Sequence record: DRR723986_6929
Direction: 5' to 3' (one strand)
Length of the DNA stretch: 64,000 bases
Under the pieces are notes generated by a model. That model was not told the origin of the DNA and did no database searches. It saw only the letters and a list, made by a program, of their open reading frames with translations. This document shows positions 10,446 through 20,949 of this stretch, in pieces. Position numbers and translations under genes: made by a program. Numbering within the stretch: the stretch's first letter is position 1; every line of letters starts with the position of its first letter.

Positions 10446-10516
10446 TGACAGCACATGTTTCAGTCGGTACAAGTGCCGTGTTCGGCATAAACTCGAAAGT
10501 GATTTTGAAAACATAA

Positions 10517-10831
10517 ATGGCAAGTTACCTTAAAATATTACTGCTCTTTATTTTTGTCGCAGCGCCTGCTCTGGATATTGCGTTTCTGGACTCTAAGGAG
10601 CCGCCAAATCATATTGCTGAATCATTCCATGATACAGAAAACCAAACTCCGTCCGGCGATACCGATTTGCACTGTATTTGTCATGTGATCCATCACGGCA
10701 TGGCCTTTGGCAAAGCCGTGAACCGTGATATTGTCGCCCTATCAGGAGTGACATGGCCTATCGCCGATGACATTTTGCTTGGCTTACATCCAAAGCCAGG
10801 CCTGCATCCCCCTTCAACCCAACTCTCATAA
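10517..10831 (+). CDS. Exported leader protein, CzcI/CutF/DUF2946-like
   Basis: Signal peptide, HCICHVIHH, ends PKPGLHPPSTQLS. Confidence 0.6.
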   Translation: MASYLKILLLFIFVAAPALDIAFLDSKEPPNHIAESFHDTENQTPSGDTDLHCICHVIHHGMAFGKAVNRDIVALSGVTWPIADDILLGLHPKPGLHPPSTQLS

Positions 10832-10914
10832 GACCAGTAAGTTTCAACGCGCACCGCGGCAATCAATACACAGTCGCGCGCGCCTAAAACATCTATTTTT
10901 GAGAGTAATCAATC

Positions 10915-12162
10915 ATGAAAAAAATGCGCCGTACCCTTGTGGGTATTGCAGCCGTCGGCTATTGCACAGCATTTGTGCCCTGGTCCACTGCAGCATTGGC
11001 GGACGACCAAAAGCGTCCAGTCCTCTATGAGTTTATCCAACAAACAGTTGGAGACCATCCATCCCTGAAAGCTTCAGAGGCCGCATTGTCTGCGGCTCGG
11101 GCTAGAGCCCGCGGTCAGGCTCAACCCGTCTATAACCCCGCATTGGCAGTTGGGTATGAAAATGCGGAACTAACCACCAAAGAGATTGGTATCTCTCAGG
11201 CCTTTGACTGGTCCGGTAAACGCGGGGCTCGGGCGGGCGTTGGCAGGGCTGAAATTGAGGCAGCGGAAGCAGCTTATGCTTTAGCCCGTAAAACACTTTT
11301 GACGGAAATTCTCACGGCGCTGGCAAATTATCGTACCGAGTTTCAGAAACACAGCGTGGCTGCTGAAAAAGAAGCGCTCAGTGTAAAATTTTTGGCCCTT
11401 GCAAAACGATTAAGCAGCGCCGGGGAAATGCCGCGCGCAGAATTACTAACCGCGCAACTGGCGCTGGCGGAATCTCGGGCAGCCAAAAACGAAGTAGCCG
11501 CGGCACTCTCCAATGCAAACGAACGGCTGATAGCGACGGTTGGTGAAGACCGTGGCTTCTGGCCAAGACTAGACGGTGTCCCAAGCATTTCCAGCATAGG
11601 TGCAGACGGCAGTAAATTTATCGTTGAAAAACTACCTGAAATGCGGCTGGCAATTGCTAAAACAGAGATATCCCGGGCCCGTATCAAGGTGGCTAAAACT
11701 GATCGCATGCCAGACCCGACGGTTGGCTTGAGAGTTGGGGAAGAAGGAAACAGTAATCTCATCGGTCTCTCGGTTTCCATGCCCATTCCAATCCGCAATA
11801 ACTACAAGGCTGAGGTTCAGGCCGCTGGCTCAGACCTTATAGTCGCCCAGCAAGACTATTATTCGGTAAACCGACAAGTCAGGGCCCGCTTCGATGCGAA
11901 CTTGAGACGCTACATATCCGCGTCCGACGCCTGGCGTGCTTGGGAAGAGAATGGGGCCGAACCACTTGGCGAGCAAAGAGCGCTTCTTGGTCAACTATTA
12001 GAAGCCCGAGAAATAAGCGCAATTAACTATCTCGTACAACTTAATCAAACTTTCACCACAGAAACTGCATCAATAGAGCTGAACGGTCGGCTCTGGAGCG
12101 CCTGGTTCGAGTGGCTAAATGCTGGTGCCAATATCAGCACCTGGCTGGAGACAATACAATGA
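10915..12162 (+). CDS. czcC: TolC-family outer membrane factor of heavy-metal RND
   Basis: OEP-like repeats; first gene of CBA operon. Confidence 0.8.
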   Translation: MKKMRRTLVGIAAVGYCTAFVPWSTAALADDQKRPVLYEFIQQTVGDHPSLKASEAALSAARARARGQAQPVYNPALAVGYENAELTTKEIGISQAFDWSGKRGARAGVGRAEIEAAEAAYALARKTLLTEILTALANYRTEFQKHSVAAEKEALSVKFLALAKRLSSAGEMPRAELLTAQLALAESRAAKNEVAAALSNANERLIATVGEDRGFWPRLDGVPSISSIGADGSKFIVEKLPEMRLAIAKTEISRARIKVAKTDRMPDPTVGLRVGEEGNSNLIGLSVSMPIPIRNNYKAEVQAAGSDLIVAQQDYYSVNRQVRARFDANLRRYISASDAWRAWEENGAEPLGEQRALLGQLLEAREISAINYLVQLNQTFTTETASIELNGRLWSAWFEWLNAGANISTWLETIQ

Positions 12163-13301
12163 ATAAATCCTTGAAATTTTCCCTCACGCTCTTTGCCTCA
12201 GGACTTGCGCTAAATGCAGGGTCCATAGAGCTGGGCTATATGAACTCGCCGGTTTATGCCGCTGAGCAAGAAGATCACGGTGAGGAAAACGTCGTCGAGA
12301 TGACAGCAGCCCAGAGGCGAGCGAACGGCGTCGTCACTGCTCTCGTTGCACGCCAGAAACTAGTGGAAACAATTGACGCTCCAGGAGAGGTTACGCTCAA
12401 TCAATATGCCACATCACAAGTAACGCCTCGCATAACAGCGCAAGTTGTCGCGCGCCATGTCCGCATGGGCGATACGGTGCGAAAAGGCCAGCCTATTATA
12501 ACGTTGACCAGTGTCGAGATGGCGGAAGCTCAGGGCGAATTGATCCTTGCGGAGAATGAATGGAAGCGTACTTCCAGGCTAGGTAGGGATGTTGTTTCTG
12601 AACAACGTTTCATTGAAGCGCAGGTTGCAGCCCAGCAGGCACGAGCTAAAGTCCTTGCCTACGGCATGACAGAAAATGGTCTCGTCAAATTCTCCAAGAA
12701 TGGCAGCGCGTTAGCAGCAATAGGACAATTCGACCTGGTTGCACCGCAGGACGGCACGATTATTAACGATAACTTTATTGTCGGACAGTTCATTGAGCCT
12801 GGCGACCTTCTGTTTGAAGTAAGCGATGAAAGGAAGATATGGGTCGAAGCCAAACTATCTCCGGACAAAGCATCAAATATTGAGATTGGATCACTCGCTT
12901 GGATATCCGAGGATGGTAACCGAACTGCGGGACAGGTGGTGCAAGTTTTTCATCAGGTTGACGAGGTAACCCGGACGCTTGCGGTGCGAGTGCAAGTGGA
13001 CAATGAAGCAGACGATTTTCATCCTGGCGAGTTTGTTGATGTCGCTATTTCGACGGGCGAAAGCGTGCCGACGATCGCAGTTCCAAACCAAGCAATTGTA
13101 CTGATGGCCGGGAAGCAGGTTGTCTTCAAAGTCGAAGGCAATGAATTGCACCCCACACCGATTGTTGTTGGTGCCACCCTCGGCGATTGGACCTCGGTTT
13201 TATCGGGCGTTTCTTTAGACGACGAAATTGTCATCAAGAACGCCTTCTTAGTTAAATCTCTTATCTTGAAATCCGAGATGGGCGAAGGCCACGGGCATTA
13301 A
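12159..13301 (+). CDS. czcB: RND membrane fusion protein
   Basis: Lipoyl-like halves, APQDG, ends GHGH; ATGA overlap with czcC. Confidence 0.85.
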   Translation: MNKSLKFSLTLFASGLALNAGSIELGYMNSPVYAAEQEDHGEENVVEMTAAQRRANGVVTALVARQKLVETIDAPGEVTLNQYATSQVTPRITAQVVARHVRMGDTVRKGQPIITLTSVEMAEAQGELILAENEWKRTSRLGRDVVSEQRFIEAQVAAQQARAKVLAYGMTENGLVKFSKNGSALAAIGQFDLVAPQDGTIINDNFIVGQFIEPGDLLFEVSDERKIWVEAKLSPDKASNIEIGSLAWISEDGNRTAGQVVQVFHQVDEVTRTLAVRVQVDNEADDFHPGEFVDVAISTGESVPTIAVPNQAIVLMAGKQVVFKVEGNELHPTPIVVGATLGDWTSVLSGVSLDDEIVIKNAFLVKSLILKSEMGEGHGH

Positions 13302-13312
13302 AGGAGGCTATC

Positions 13313-16300
13313 ATGTTAAATAAACTTGTTGAACTTTCCCTCCAGTATAAATTTCTGGTGGTCATCGGATTTGTTGTGGTCGCACTCCTTGGCGTGCGGG
13401 CAGTTAACAATATCCCAATTGATGCCTTTCCCGATGTAACGCCTATTCAGGTGAATATTTATACGGAATCACCCGGTCTGGCAGCGGAAGACGTGGAACA
13501 GCTGCTAACCTTTCCTGTCGAATCCGGCATGGCGGGCTTGCCTGCGGTGCAAGAGATACGCTCCGTCAGTCTTTTTGGCCTTTCCTATGTCGCCGTCTAT
13601 TTTGAAGACGATATGGACATATATTTTGCCCGCCGTCTGGTGATGGAGCGGCTAGCTGAGGTGGGAGACCGTATTCCGGAAGGCTACGGCACGCCTGAGA
13701 TGGGCCCTAACACTTCGGGTCTTGGTCAGGTGTTTTGGTACACCGTTGAGCGAGCAGACGAGGAGCTCAATGCTGCTGTTACCGATATGGATTTGCGCAC
13801 GCTGCAGGACTGGACAGTACGGTTGATACTGCGCACGGCCCCTGGAGTTGACGATGTGATGTCTTGGGGCGGCCAGGAACGGCAATATCAGGTTCAGATC
13901 GACCCGCAAAGGCTTATCAAATACGGCCTTGGTTACAAGGATATTATGGAGACGATTGAGGCCAATAACCGGCAGGTTGGCGGTCAATATATCGATCAGG
14001 GGCCAGAGCAATATCTGGTGCGCGGCCTAGGTCTCGTAAAAGGTGAAACTGATATTGGTAATATTGTTGTCAAGGTCAGTGACGGTACGCCCGTCTATCT
14101 GAAAGATGTTGCTGAGGTCAAGCAAGCTGGCGGACTGCGTTTTGGCGCCGTGACGCGAGACGGCAAGGAAGTTGTGCTCGGCATGGCATTGTCCCGGGTT
14201 GGTGAGAACGCCAAAAATGTGGTGGATGCCGTGAAGGTAAAAATCGCGATCACCGAACAGGCTTTGCCTGAAGGTGTTGTGCTCAAACCAATTTATGATC
14301 GGACTGATCTTGTCGAAAAAGCGATCTCTACAGCTGAAAATGCACTTATAGAAGGCTCTATTCTCGTGGCGATTGTCTTGTTCCTGTTTCTCGGGGAAAT
14401 TCGTTCTGCAATAGTTGTGATCACAGCCTTGCCGCTGGCGATGTTAATTGCCTTTATCTTTATGGACTACGCGGGACTTTCCGCAAACCTGATGTCGCTT
14501 GCCGGACTGGCGATTGGCATCGGCATGATGGTCGACGGCGCGGTTGTCATGGTTGAAAATTCTTTCCGGGTAATGGCAGAACGCCGAGAAGCCGGTGAGA
14601 AAGTGAACCGCACAGCGGCGGTGCTGGAGGCAGCAAGAGAAGTGGCTAATCCCATATCCTTCGCCATTCTGGTAATTATCGTTGTATTCATCCCGCTCTT
14701 CTCGCTGGAGGGGCTGGAAGGCAAGCTCTTCAAACCTATGGCCTTCAATATCAGTTTTGCCATGGCGGGTTCGCTTGTGCTGACCCTCACAATCATCCCG
14801 GTGTCGGCAGCGCTGATCCTGAAACCAAAGGCAGAGCGTGATACCTTTCTGGTAGCCTCAATCAAGAAGGCCTATTTGCCGTTCCTGGCGTGGTCGCTTG
14901 ACCATAAAAAGGTAGTTGTAAGCAGTGCAGCGGCACTGTTGATTGCTAGTCTCGCGCTGTTTCCACTGTTGGGTAAAGAATTCATGCCCCAGCTTCAGGA
15001 AGGTTCGATTATGTGGAGGGTTACATCGATCCCATCTGCGTCCCTCGATCAGTCAATAAAAATATCCAAGGATATTGAAGCTGCACTAGGTGAGTTTCCG
15101 GAGGTGGAAACAACACTTGCCATGATCGGGCGCGCCGAAAAGGGTGAAACCGCCGATGTTAATTACATGGAGATATACACAGCCCTAAAACCCGATAATG
15201 AATGGACCAGTGATCGCTCAATCGAAGAACTCGCTGATGCCATGCGAGAGAAACTAGAGGTCGTTGTACCGACAGCTGTGATTGCTTTTACCCAGCCTAT
15301 CCAGATGCGGGTCGAAGAGTTGATTTCAGGTGTGCGCGCAACGCTCGCGATCAAGCTTTACGGCGAAGATCTCGGAGAGCTTGATCGTATCAGTAGCGAG
15401 TTGAAAGACGCTGTCGCAAGTGTGCCGGGCGTCGCGGATCTCTCGCTGGAAGCAAACCTGGGTAAACCCCAGGTTCGCATCGAAGTGGACCGTATGGCAC
15501 TCGCGCGGTTCGGTATGAATGCTGATGATGTGCTCACGATTGTGCGTACTGGTATTGGCAATGAGCCTGTTAGCACCTTGATATCTGGCGTGAAGCGTTT
15601 TGATATCACTGCGCGGTTGCAGGATGCCTCCAAAACTTCAGTTGCAGCCATTAAGGCAATACCGCTCTCGACCTCATCTGGGGCAATTATTACGCTTGCG
15701 GATGTGGCCGATGTCACTGTGGCAGAAGGCTATAGCTTTGTCAGACGGGAACAACTCCAGCGCTACGCGGTTATCCAGATGGATGTGCGCGGCCGTGACG
15801 TGGACGGTTTCGTTCAGGAAGCAAACGAAATCATCGAGGCAACTGTGGATATGCCTCCCGGTTACTGGGTCGAATGGGGCGGTGCCTTTGAAAACCAGCA
15901 ACGGGCGCTTACCAGGCTTTCGGTGATCGTACCGTTAACGATCTTCTTCATCTTCGTCTTGCTCTACACGGCTTTCAACTCGGTACGTTTTGCAACTCTG
16001 ATCATTGCCAATGTGCCCTTTGCAACCGCCGGTGGCCTGATTGGCTTGTTCGTTACTGGGCAATATGTGTCGGTGCCGTCGGCAATTGGGTTCATTGCCG
16101 TGTTCGGGGTGGCGATGCTCAACGGCATCGTGCTGGTGAACTTTATCAACGAGCTGCGCGCAAAGGGCATGAGCGTGCATGATGCTGTTCGCAAAGGCAC
16201 TGAACTCAGGCTCAGGCCCGTACTGATGACTGCAAGTGTCGCAATCCTCGGGCTTGTGCCCATGCTCTTGTCTAGCGGGGTCGGTGCAGAAACACAGCGC

Positions 16301-16441
16301 CCGCTAGCAACCGTGGTGGTTGGCGGACTACTCACATCCACCCTGCTAACGCTTGTCCTTCTCCCCGTCATTTACGAGTGGATGGAAACTAGAGGCAATA
16401 CTCCAATGGAAAAAACATCAAAAACCGAGGTGCTCTCATGA
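13313..16441 (+). CDS. czcA: CusA/CzcA heavy-metal RND pump
   Basis: IDAFPDVTP, GMMVDGAVVMVEN, RLRPVLMTA. Confidence 0.9.
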   Translation: MLNKLVELSLQYKFLVVIGFVVVALLGVRAVNNIPIDAFPDVTPIQVNIYTESPGLAAEDVEQLLTFPVESGMAGLPAVQEIRSVSLFGLSYVAVYFEDDMDIYFARRLVMERLAEVGDRIPEGYGTPEMGPNTSGLGQVFWYTVERADEELNAAVTDMDLRTLQDWTVRLILRTAPGVDDVMSWGGQERQYQVQIDPQRLIKYGLGYKDIMETIEANNRQVGGQYIDQGPEQYLVRGLGLVKGETDIGNIVVKVSDGTPVYLKDVAEVKQAGGLRFGAVTRDGKEVVLGMALSRVGENAKNVVDAVKVKIAITEQALPEGVVLKPIYDRTDLVEKAISTAENALIEGSILVAIVLFLFLGEIRSAIVVITALPLAMLIAFIFMDYAGLSANLMSLAGLAIGIGMMVDGAVVMVENSFRVMAERREAGEKVNRTAAVLEAAREVANPISFAILVIIVVFIPLFSLEGLEGKLFKPMAFNISFAMAGSLVLTLTIIPVSAALILKPKAERDTFLVASIKKAYLPFLAWSLDHKKVVVSSAAALLIASLALFPLLGKEFMPQLQEGSIMWRVTSIPSASLDQSIKISKDIEAALGEFPEVETTLAMIGRAEKGETADVNYMEIYTALKPDNEWTSDRSIEELADAMREKLEVVVPTAVIAFTQPIQMRVEELISGVRATLAIKLYGEDLGELDRISSELKDAVASVPGVADLSLEANLGKPQVRIEVDRMALARFGMNADDVLTIVRTGIGNEPVSTLISGVKRFDITARLQDASKTSVAAIKAIPLSTSSGAIITLADVADVTVAEGYSFVRREQLQRYAVIQMDVRGRDVDGFVQEANEIIEATVDMPPGYWVEWGGAFENQQRALTRLSVIVPLTIFFIFVLLYTAFNSVRFATLIIANVPFATAGGLIGLFVTGQYVSVPSAIGFIAVFGVAMLNGIVLVNFINELRAKGMSVHDAVRKGTELRLRPVLMTASVAILGLVPMLLSSGVGAETQRPLATVVVGGLLTSTLLTLVLLPVIYEWMETRGNTPMEKTSKTEVLS

Positions 16442-16755
16442 AGGAAATCAAAGCATTCATTCATCGCAACAGAATATCGGACGTTGTCCACGAGTTGAAA
16501 CAGGCTGGATACAAATATATCTCGGTCGTTGATGTGTTGGGGCTTCTGAGGGCACTGGATAGCCCGGAGCAGCAATATTCGGTCGAGATTGGGGACAAGG
16601 TCGTCTCCGAGGTCAAGCTGGAACTTGTCTGCGACAATGAAAAATTAAACCAGGCGATTAAGATCATTGTCGAGAATGCGCGGACCGGGCAGAAGACGGC
16701 GGGCTGGATTTACGTGACAGATATCGAGCAAACCATCAAGATTGACGGTAGTTAA
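16438..16755 (+). CDS. P-II-like protein coupled to czcA
   Basis: MKEIKAFI, KLELVC, ARTGQ..GWIYV; ATGA overlap. Confidence 0.8.
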   Translation: MKEIKAFIHRNRISDVVHELKQAGYKYISVVDVLGLLRALDSPEQQYSVEIGDKVVSEVKLELVCDNEKLNQAIKIIVENARTGQKTAGWIYVTDIEQTIKIDGS

Positions 16756-16767
16756 CTGCAGGAAACA

Positions 16768-16798
16768 CCTTGGGCCAAACATGCGTTTTGGCCCAAGG
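16768..16798 (+). terminator. Hairpin ending czc operon
   Basis: CCTTGGGCCAAA...TTTGGCCCAAGG. Confidence 0.6.
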
Positions 16799-16912
16799 CT
16801 ATTCTCGTGTTCTTCACGCCCATCCTAATGACCAAAATCAATGCGGAATGGAACCGGTGTATACTAAAATTCGACGAAGACTGGAATTATCCAGACTTAT
16901 TTATGAGGAGAC

Positions 16913-17263
16913 ATGAAAATGAATAGCTACATGGCAACGGGAGCAGGTTTGTTGGTCACCCTAGGGCTGGGCTCTCCCGCCTGGGCACAACCGGTAGACC
17001 CTCTGTGCAGGCCGTCCATGATGTGGAGTGAAGGTTGGCACGGCTGGTTTGTTGGTCCGGTTATGATGGTCCTGTTTCTCGCAATTGCAGTTGCAGTCAT
17101 CTTGCTCATTGTCCGGTGGCTCGGAGGGAGCGCTCATGGCCACTCGGCGACACCTTCAGCGCCTCCACGGCAACACGCCATCGATATTCTCAAGGATCGT
17201 TTCGCACGCGGCGAGATCGATAAAGAAGAATATGAGGAAAAGCGTCGGCTTATCGAGAAATGA
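16913..17263 (+). CDS. SHOCT-domain membrane protein
   Basis: TM helix plus AIDILKDRFARGEIDKEEYEEKR. Confidence 0.85.
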   Translation: MKMNSYMATGAGLLVTLGLGSPAWAQPVDPLCRPSMMWSEGWHGWFVGPVMMVLFLAIAVAVILLIVRWLGGSAHGHSATPSAPPRQHAIDILKDRFARGEIDKEEYEEKRRLIEK

Positions 17264-17624
17264 CTGTTTAACCACTCCAAAGTGATAAGTATTTTGGGGT
17301 GGATTAGTCAAGTCGTGCATGGCGGCGTACCTTCGGTGCCCCGGTTGACTATGTCGGTACGGCGAAATCTGATGTTTTTATAACACCAGTGTGGCCATCG
17401 GCTCTAGGTGAGCAATAAACTTGCAAAGCTTATTGTTCCGGAAATTCTTGCCGCGCTAGAAACACGGCAATTGGACAATGCCAATTGATTGTTCCAAAAC
17501 GATCAGCCTTTCGCTGGTAAATGTCAGGTTATGACCGCTCTACGTCTCATATCGTCCAAAATTCGGTCCGTACATGTCCAGCAAGATGTAGCCAATAGCG
17601 GAAAATTAAAAAGCGAGCAATGAA

Positions 17625-18227
17625 ATGAGAGATCAAGAGAAACTATTCCCTGCAACGGTCATGCCTGATCCGAACTGGTGGCAAGCTTTATGGCCTGACC
17701 CTATCGGCGTTCTCAAGAATGTTGGGCTCAAAGAGGGATTAACAGCAATTGATCTATGTTGTGGTGACGGATTATTCACAACACCAATGTCTGTCTTGCT
17801 CGACGGTAAGGTTTATGCGGTTGATCTCGACCCCGATATGCTTGCTCTTGCGGAGCAAGCTATTAAGAAGGCGGGTGCTCCTTCCTGCACTTTTATCGAA
17901 GGTGATGCTCGGGATATGACTCAGCTTATTCCAGTTCAAGTCGATATCATCCTGATAGCAAATACATTCCATGGCGTTCCGGAGCAGACGGAGCTAGCTC
18001 GCAATGCCTCAGAAGTCTTAAACAGCGACGGGAAATTTATCATTATCAATTGGCATAAGCTGCCACGCGAAAAAACGACGGTTTTAGGCGAACCAAGAGG
18101 TCCTCGTACTGAACTTCGCATGTCACCCGAAGATGTCCGCACCGTTGTCGAACCGGCAGGGTTTCAATTGGCTGACCTAGTTGAAATTCCTCCTTACCAC
18201 TATGGGGCTGTGTTTAAAAGATCATGA
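17625..18227 (+). CDS. Class I SAM-dependent methyltransferase
   Basis: IDLCCGDG motif I, YAVDLD, ANTFHG. Confidence 0.85.
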   Translation: MRDQEKLFPATVMPDPNWWQALWPDPIGVLKNVGLKEGLTAIDLCCGDGLFTTPMSVLLDGKVYAVDLDPDMLALAEQAIKKAGAPSCTFIEGDARDMTQLIPVQVDIILIANTFHGVPEQTELARNASEVLNSDGKFIIINWHKLPREKTTVLGEPRGPRTELRMSPEDVRTVVEPAGFQLADLVEIPPYHYGAVFKRS

Positions 18228-18381
18228 ATATTCGAACCAATACCAGCGATTAGCATAGTTCGAAAGGAATAAAAGCAAATGGGTATGATGGATAAGACGA
18301 TGGAAGGCTGGACGGATACTTTCGCTGAAAAGTCGGTGCAATATTAAAACCATATATTTCATGGAAACTGTTGCGAGCATT

Positions 18382-18400
18382 AATAATAATGATTATTATT
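18382..18400. promoter_or_regulatory. Fur-like box
   Basis: Perfect 9-1-9 dyad AATAATAAT-G-ATTATTATT upstream of FTR1 gene. Confidence 0.6.
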
Positions 18401-18433
18401 TGCATAAATAAAATAAAGAATGGCCGAGTATAT

Positions 18434-20347
18434 ATGAACCGCATATTCCCTTTCATTTTCCCGCTGACATTTTTGTTAGCCATCGCGACGGCAATTCAGG
18501 CAGACACCGGCGACCAGTTGGTGCAACTCGTCGACTATGTTGGTGTGGACTATTCTGAAGCTGTTTCAGAAGGCATTATCGTCAATCCGGGTGAATATGC
18601 GGAAATGGTGGAGTTCACTGCCATAATCGAAACCACTGTGGCAAGTATCGCGGATTCTCCAATCGCGAGCGAATTGATGCAGCAAGCCCGTGAATTGAGT
18701 GAACTGATTAAAAATAAAGCCCCGGCTGGTGAAGTTCGGGCACTTGCGCATACCATGCGAACTGCCATCATCCACCTTTATGACTTGAAAGTGGCCCCTG
18801 ACCAGGTGCCCGATCTGCTGCAAGGCCAGACGTTATACCAAAAAACATGTGCGGCATGTCACGGAGCCTATGGCAACGGCAATGGGGAGCTGGGGAAAGA
18901 CCTGGACCCACAACCAACTGACTTCACAGAGGTAGCCCGCTTCCGGCAACGGTCATTGTATGCATTGTTTAATACAATCACTTACGGCGTTGAAGGGACT
19001 GGAATGTCAGATTATTCACAGCTTTCGACGGTAGATCGTTGGAATTTGGCTGCCTATGTAGGCAGTATTGGTGTCGATAAAGAGCTTGCGGCTAACGGCA
19101 AAAGGGCGTGGCAACAGCTTAACGGTAACGATACCGGAGTAGATGTGAAAGCCTATGCGGGCCTTTCGCCTGATGAGGCTATCGATCAATGGACCAATGG
19201 CTATGGGTTGATGGCATATTTGAGAACAGAACCTGAAGTTCTGTTTGATTTCAAAACGCCGCCGCTCACTGTGGCAATGAATTCGCTTCAAACCAGTTTG
19301 AACGCTTATGAGCAAGGCGAGACAAAAAAGGCCTACGAGTTCGCGCTCACCGCTTACCTTGATGGATTTGAGCTTGTGGAGGCAAATCTCGCCGCATTGG
19401 ATGCCAGTCTCATGCGGGAAATTGAGAGTGAGATGCTGCTGCTGCGCAATGATATCACCACTCAAAGCCCTTTAAACAGTGTCACTGCGCGCATCCAAAA
19501 ACTCCAGTCGTTGCTGCAACAAGCGCAATCAAAAATGGCTGAAAAGGGGAGCTTGACACCAGCTGCTGCATTCGTAACCAGCCTTATCATTTTACTCCGG
19601 GAAGGCCTGGAGGCTTTACTCGTTATTGTGGCGCTTTCGGCTTTCCTGTTGAAAACCGGCCGCCGGGACGCCATGCCCTACTTGCATGCTGGCTGGATCG
19701 CAGCGTTGATTTTAGGTCTGCTTACTTGGGTTGCGTCTGAATATTTTGTGCAAATCAGCGGAGCGACGCGAGAGGTTGCTGAAGGAGTTGCAGCACTCGT
19801 AGCGTCGGGTATGCTGTTATTCGTTGGCTATTGGCTTCATAGCAAAACAAGCGCGTCTGGATGGCAGGCATTCATTCAAAAAAGTCTTAAAGCTGCTCTC
19901 AATAAACGGACCCTATGGGGGCTCGCCGGACTTTCCTTCATATCCGTCTACAGGGAAGTTTTTGAGACAATTCTCTTTTATCAGGCACTATGGGCCCAGG
20001 CGGCGTCCGGTAGTGCTGACTGGGTGATGGGCGGTTTTCTGGTTGCCACACTTATACTGGTGCTTGTCGCGGGACTGGTTATAAAATTTAGTGTGAAGCT
20101 TCCACTACGACAGTTTTTTGCAAGTACGGGCATTCTTCTCCTGATTTTGTCTTTTATTTTTGCCGGCAAAGGCATTGCAGCCCTTCAGGAAGCGGGCGAA
20201 ATACCGCAAACGATGCTGCCGTTTGACGCTGTAGAGTGGTTGGGGATATTCCCCAGCCAGGAAGGCCTGCTTTTACAGGCTACCATTCTTGTTGCATCCG
20301 CAGCTTTTTTGACCAGAGGATTTTTCGCCAGACGGCAAAAAGAGTGA
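18434..20347 (+). CDS. Cytochrome c / FTR1 iron(lead) permease, PbrT/EfeU-like
   Basis: CAACH; REGLE and REVFE motifs. Confidence 0.9.
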   Translation: MNRIFPFIFPLTFLLAIATAIQADTGDQLVQLVDYVGVDYSEAVSEGIIVNPGEYAEMVEFTAIIETTVASIADSPIASELMQQARELSELIKNKAPAGEVRALAHTMRTAIIHLYDLKVAPDQVPDLLQGQTLYQKTCAACHGAYGNGNGELGKDLDPQPTDFTEVARFRQRSLYALFNTITYGVEGTGMSDYSQLSTVDRWNLAAYVGSIGVDKELAANGKRAWQQLNGNDTGVDVKAYAGLSPDEAIDQWTNGYGLMAYLRTEPEVLFDFKTPPLTVAMNSLQTSLNAYEQGETKKAYEFALTAYLDGFELVEANLAALDASLMREIESEMLLLRNDITTQSPLNSVTARIQKLQSLLQQAQSKMAEKGSLTPAAAFVTSLIILLREGLEALLVIVALSAFLLKTGRRDAMPYLHAGWIAALILGLLTWVASEYFVQISGATREVAEGVAALVASGMLLFVGYWLHSKTSASGWQAFIQKSLKAALNKRTLWGLAGLSFISVYREVFETILFYQALWAQAASGSADWVMGGFLVATLILVLVAGLVIKFSVKLPLRQFFASTGILLLILSFIFAGKGIAALQEAGEIPQTMLPFDAVEWLGIFPSQEGLLLQATILVASAAFLTRGFFARRQKE

Positions 20348-20549
20348 CAGATTTTCTTCCCGTCCACCGATTACTATAATGAATCTACCTTGGGTCAAGG
20401 ATATTTAATTTGTTGAAATTGGGCATTCAATTAAAGTTGACGGCGCTTAGGAATTAAAGAAACCCAAGGCCGCGGACACCCGCTTCCCGGGGGTTGAGCA
20501 CAAAAAAGTGACTTATACGAGAGCGGGTAGCTTGATACCGTGTGCTGGC

Positions 20550-20888
20550 ATGACAAACTTATCCCAACATATCTCAGCACTGGTTCTTATTGCATTCGTA
20601 GCAATGATCATCGATGTGATTGGCGTTTATGAAGCTGTCGCCCATGAAGACGCAACAGCCTCTATCGTCATGGGATGTCACGGTACGGAATCGCCAAGCG
20701 ATTGGGAACATGAAGAACCCTGTACCAGTGCCAGTGTTGTGCCCTGTCACTTCTGCGCCATTCTCATCACACTATCTGTTGAAAGCTCTGCCGGAGAATT
20801 TCAAGCTTTGAACCAAGGGCACCCTCAATATTTCACTGATACCATCGCTGAGCTTGACCCTGACCCACCCAAAACACTCCTCCTCTGA
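20550..20888 (+). CDS. Exported leader protein, CutF/DUF2946-like
   Basis: N-terminal hydrophobic segment, CHFC, ends ELDPDPPKTLLL. Confidence 0.65.
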   Translation: MTNLSQHISALVLIAFVAMIIDVIGVYEAVAHEDATASIVMGCHGTESPSDWEHEEPCTSASVVPCHFCAILITLSVESSAGEFQALNQGHPQYFTDTIAELDPDPPKTLLL

Positions 20889-20949
20889 TTTTAGATATTC
20901 ACGCGGCTTAGGTGCCGCAACGTTACAATAATCAATGGAGGAAAGGCGA

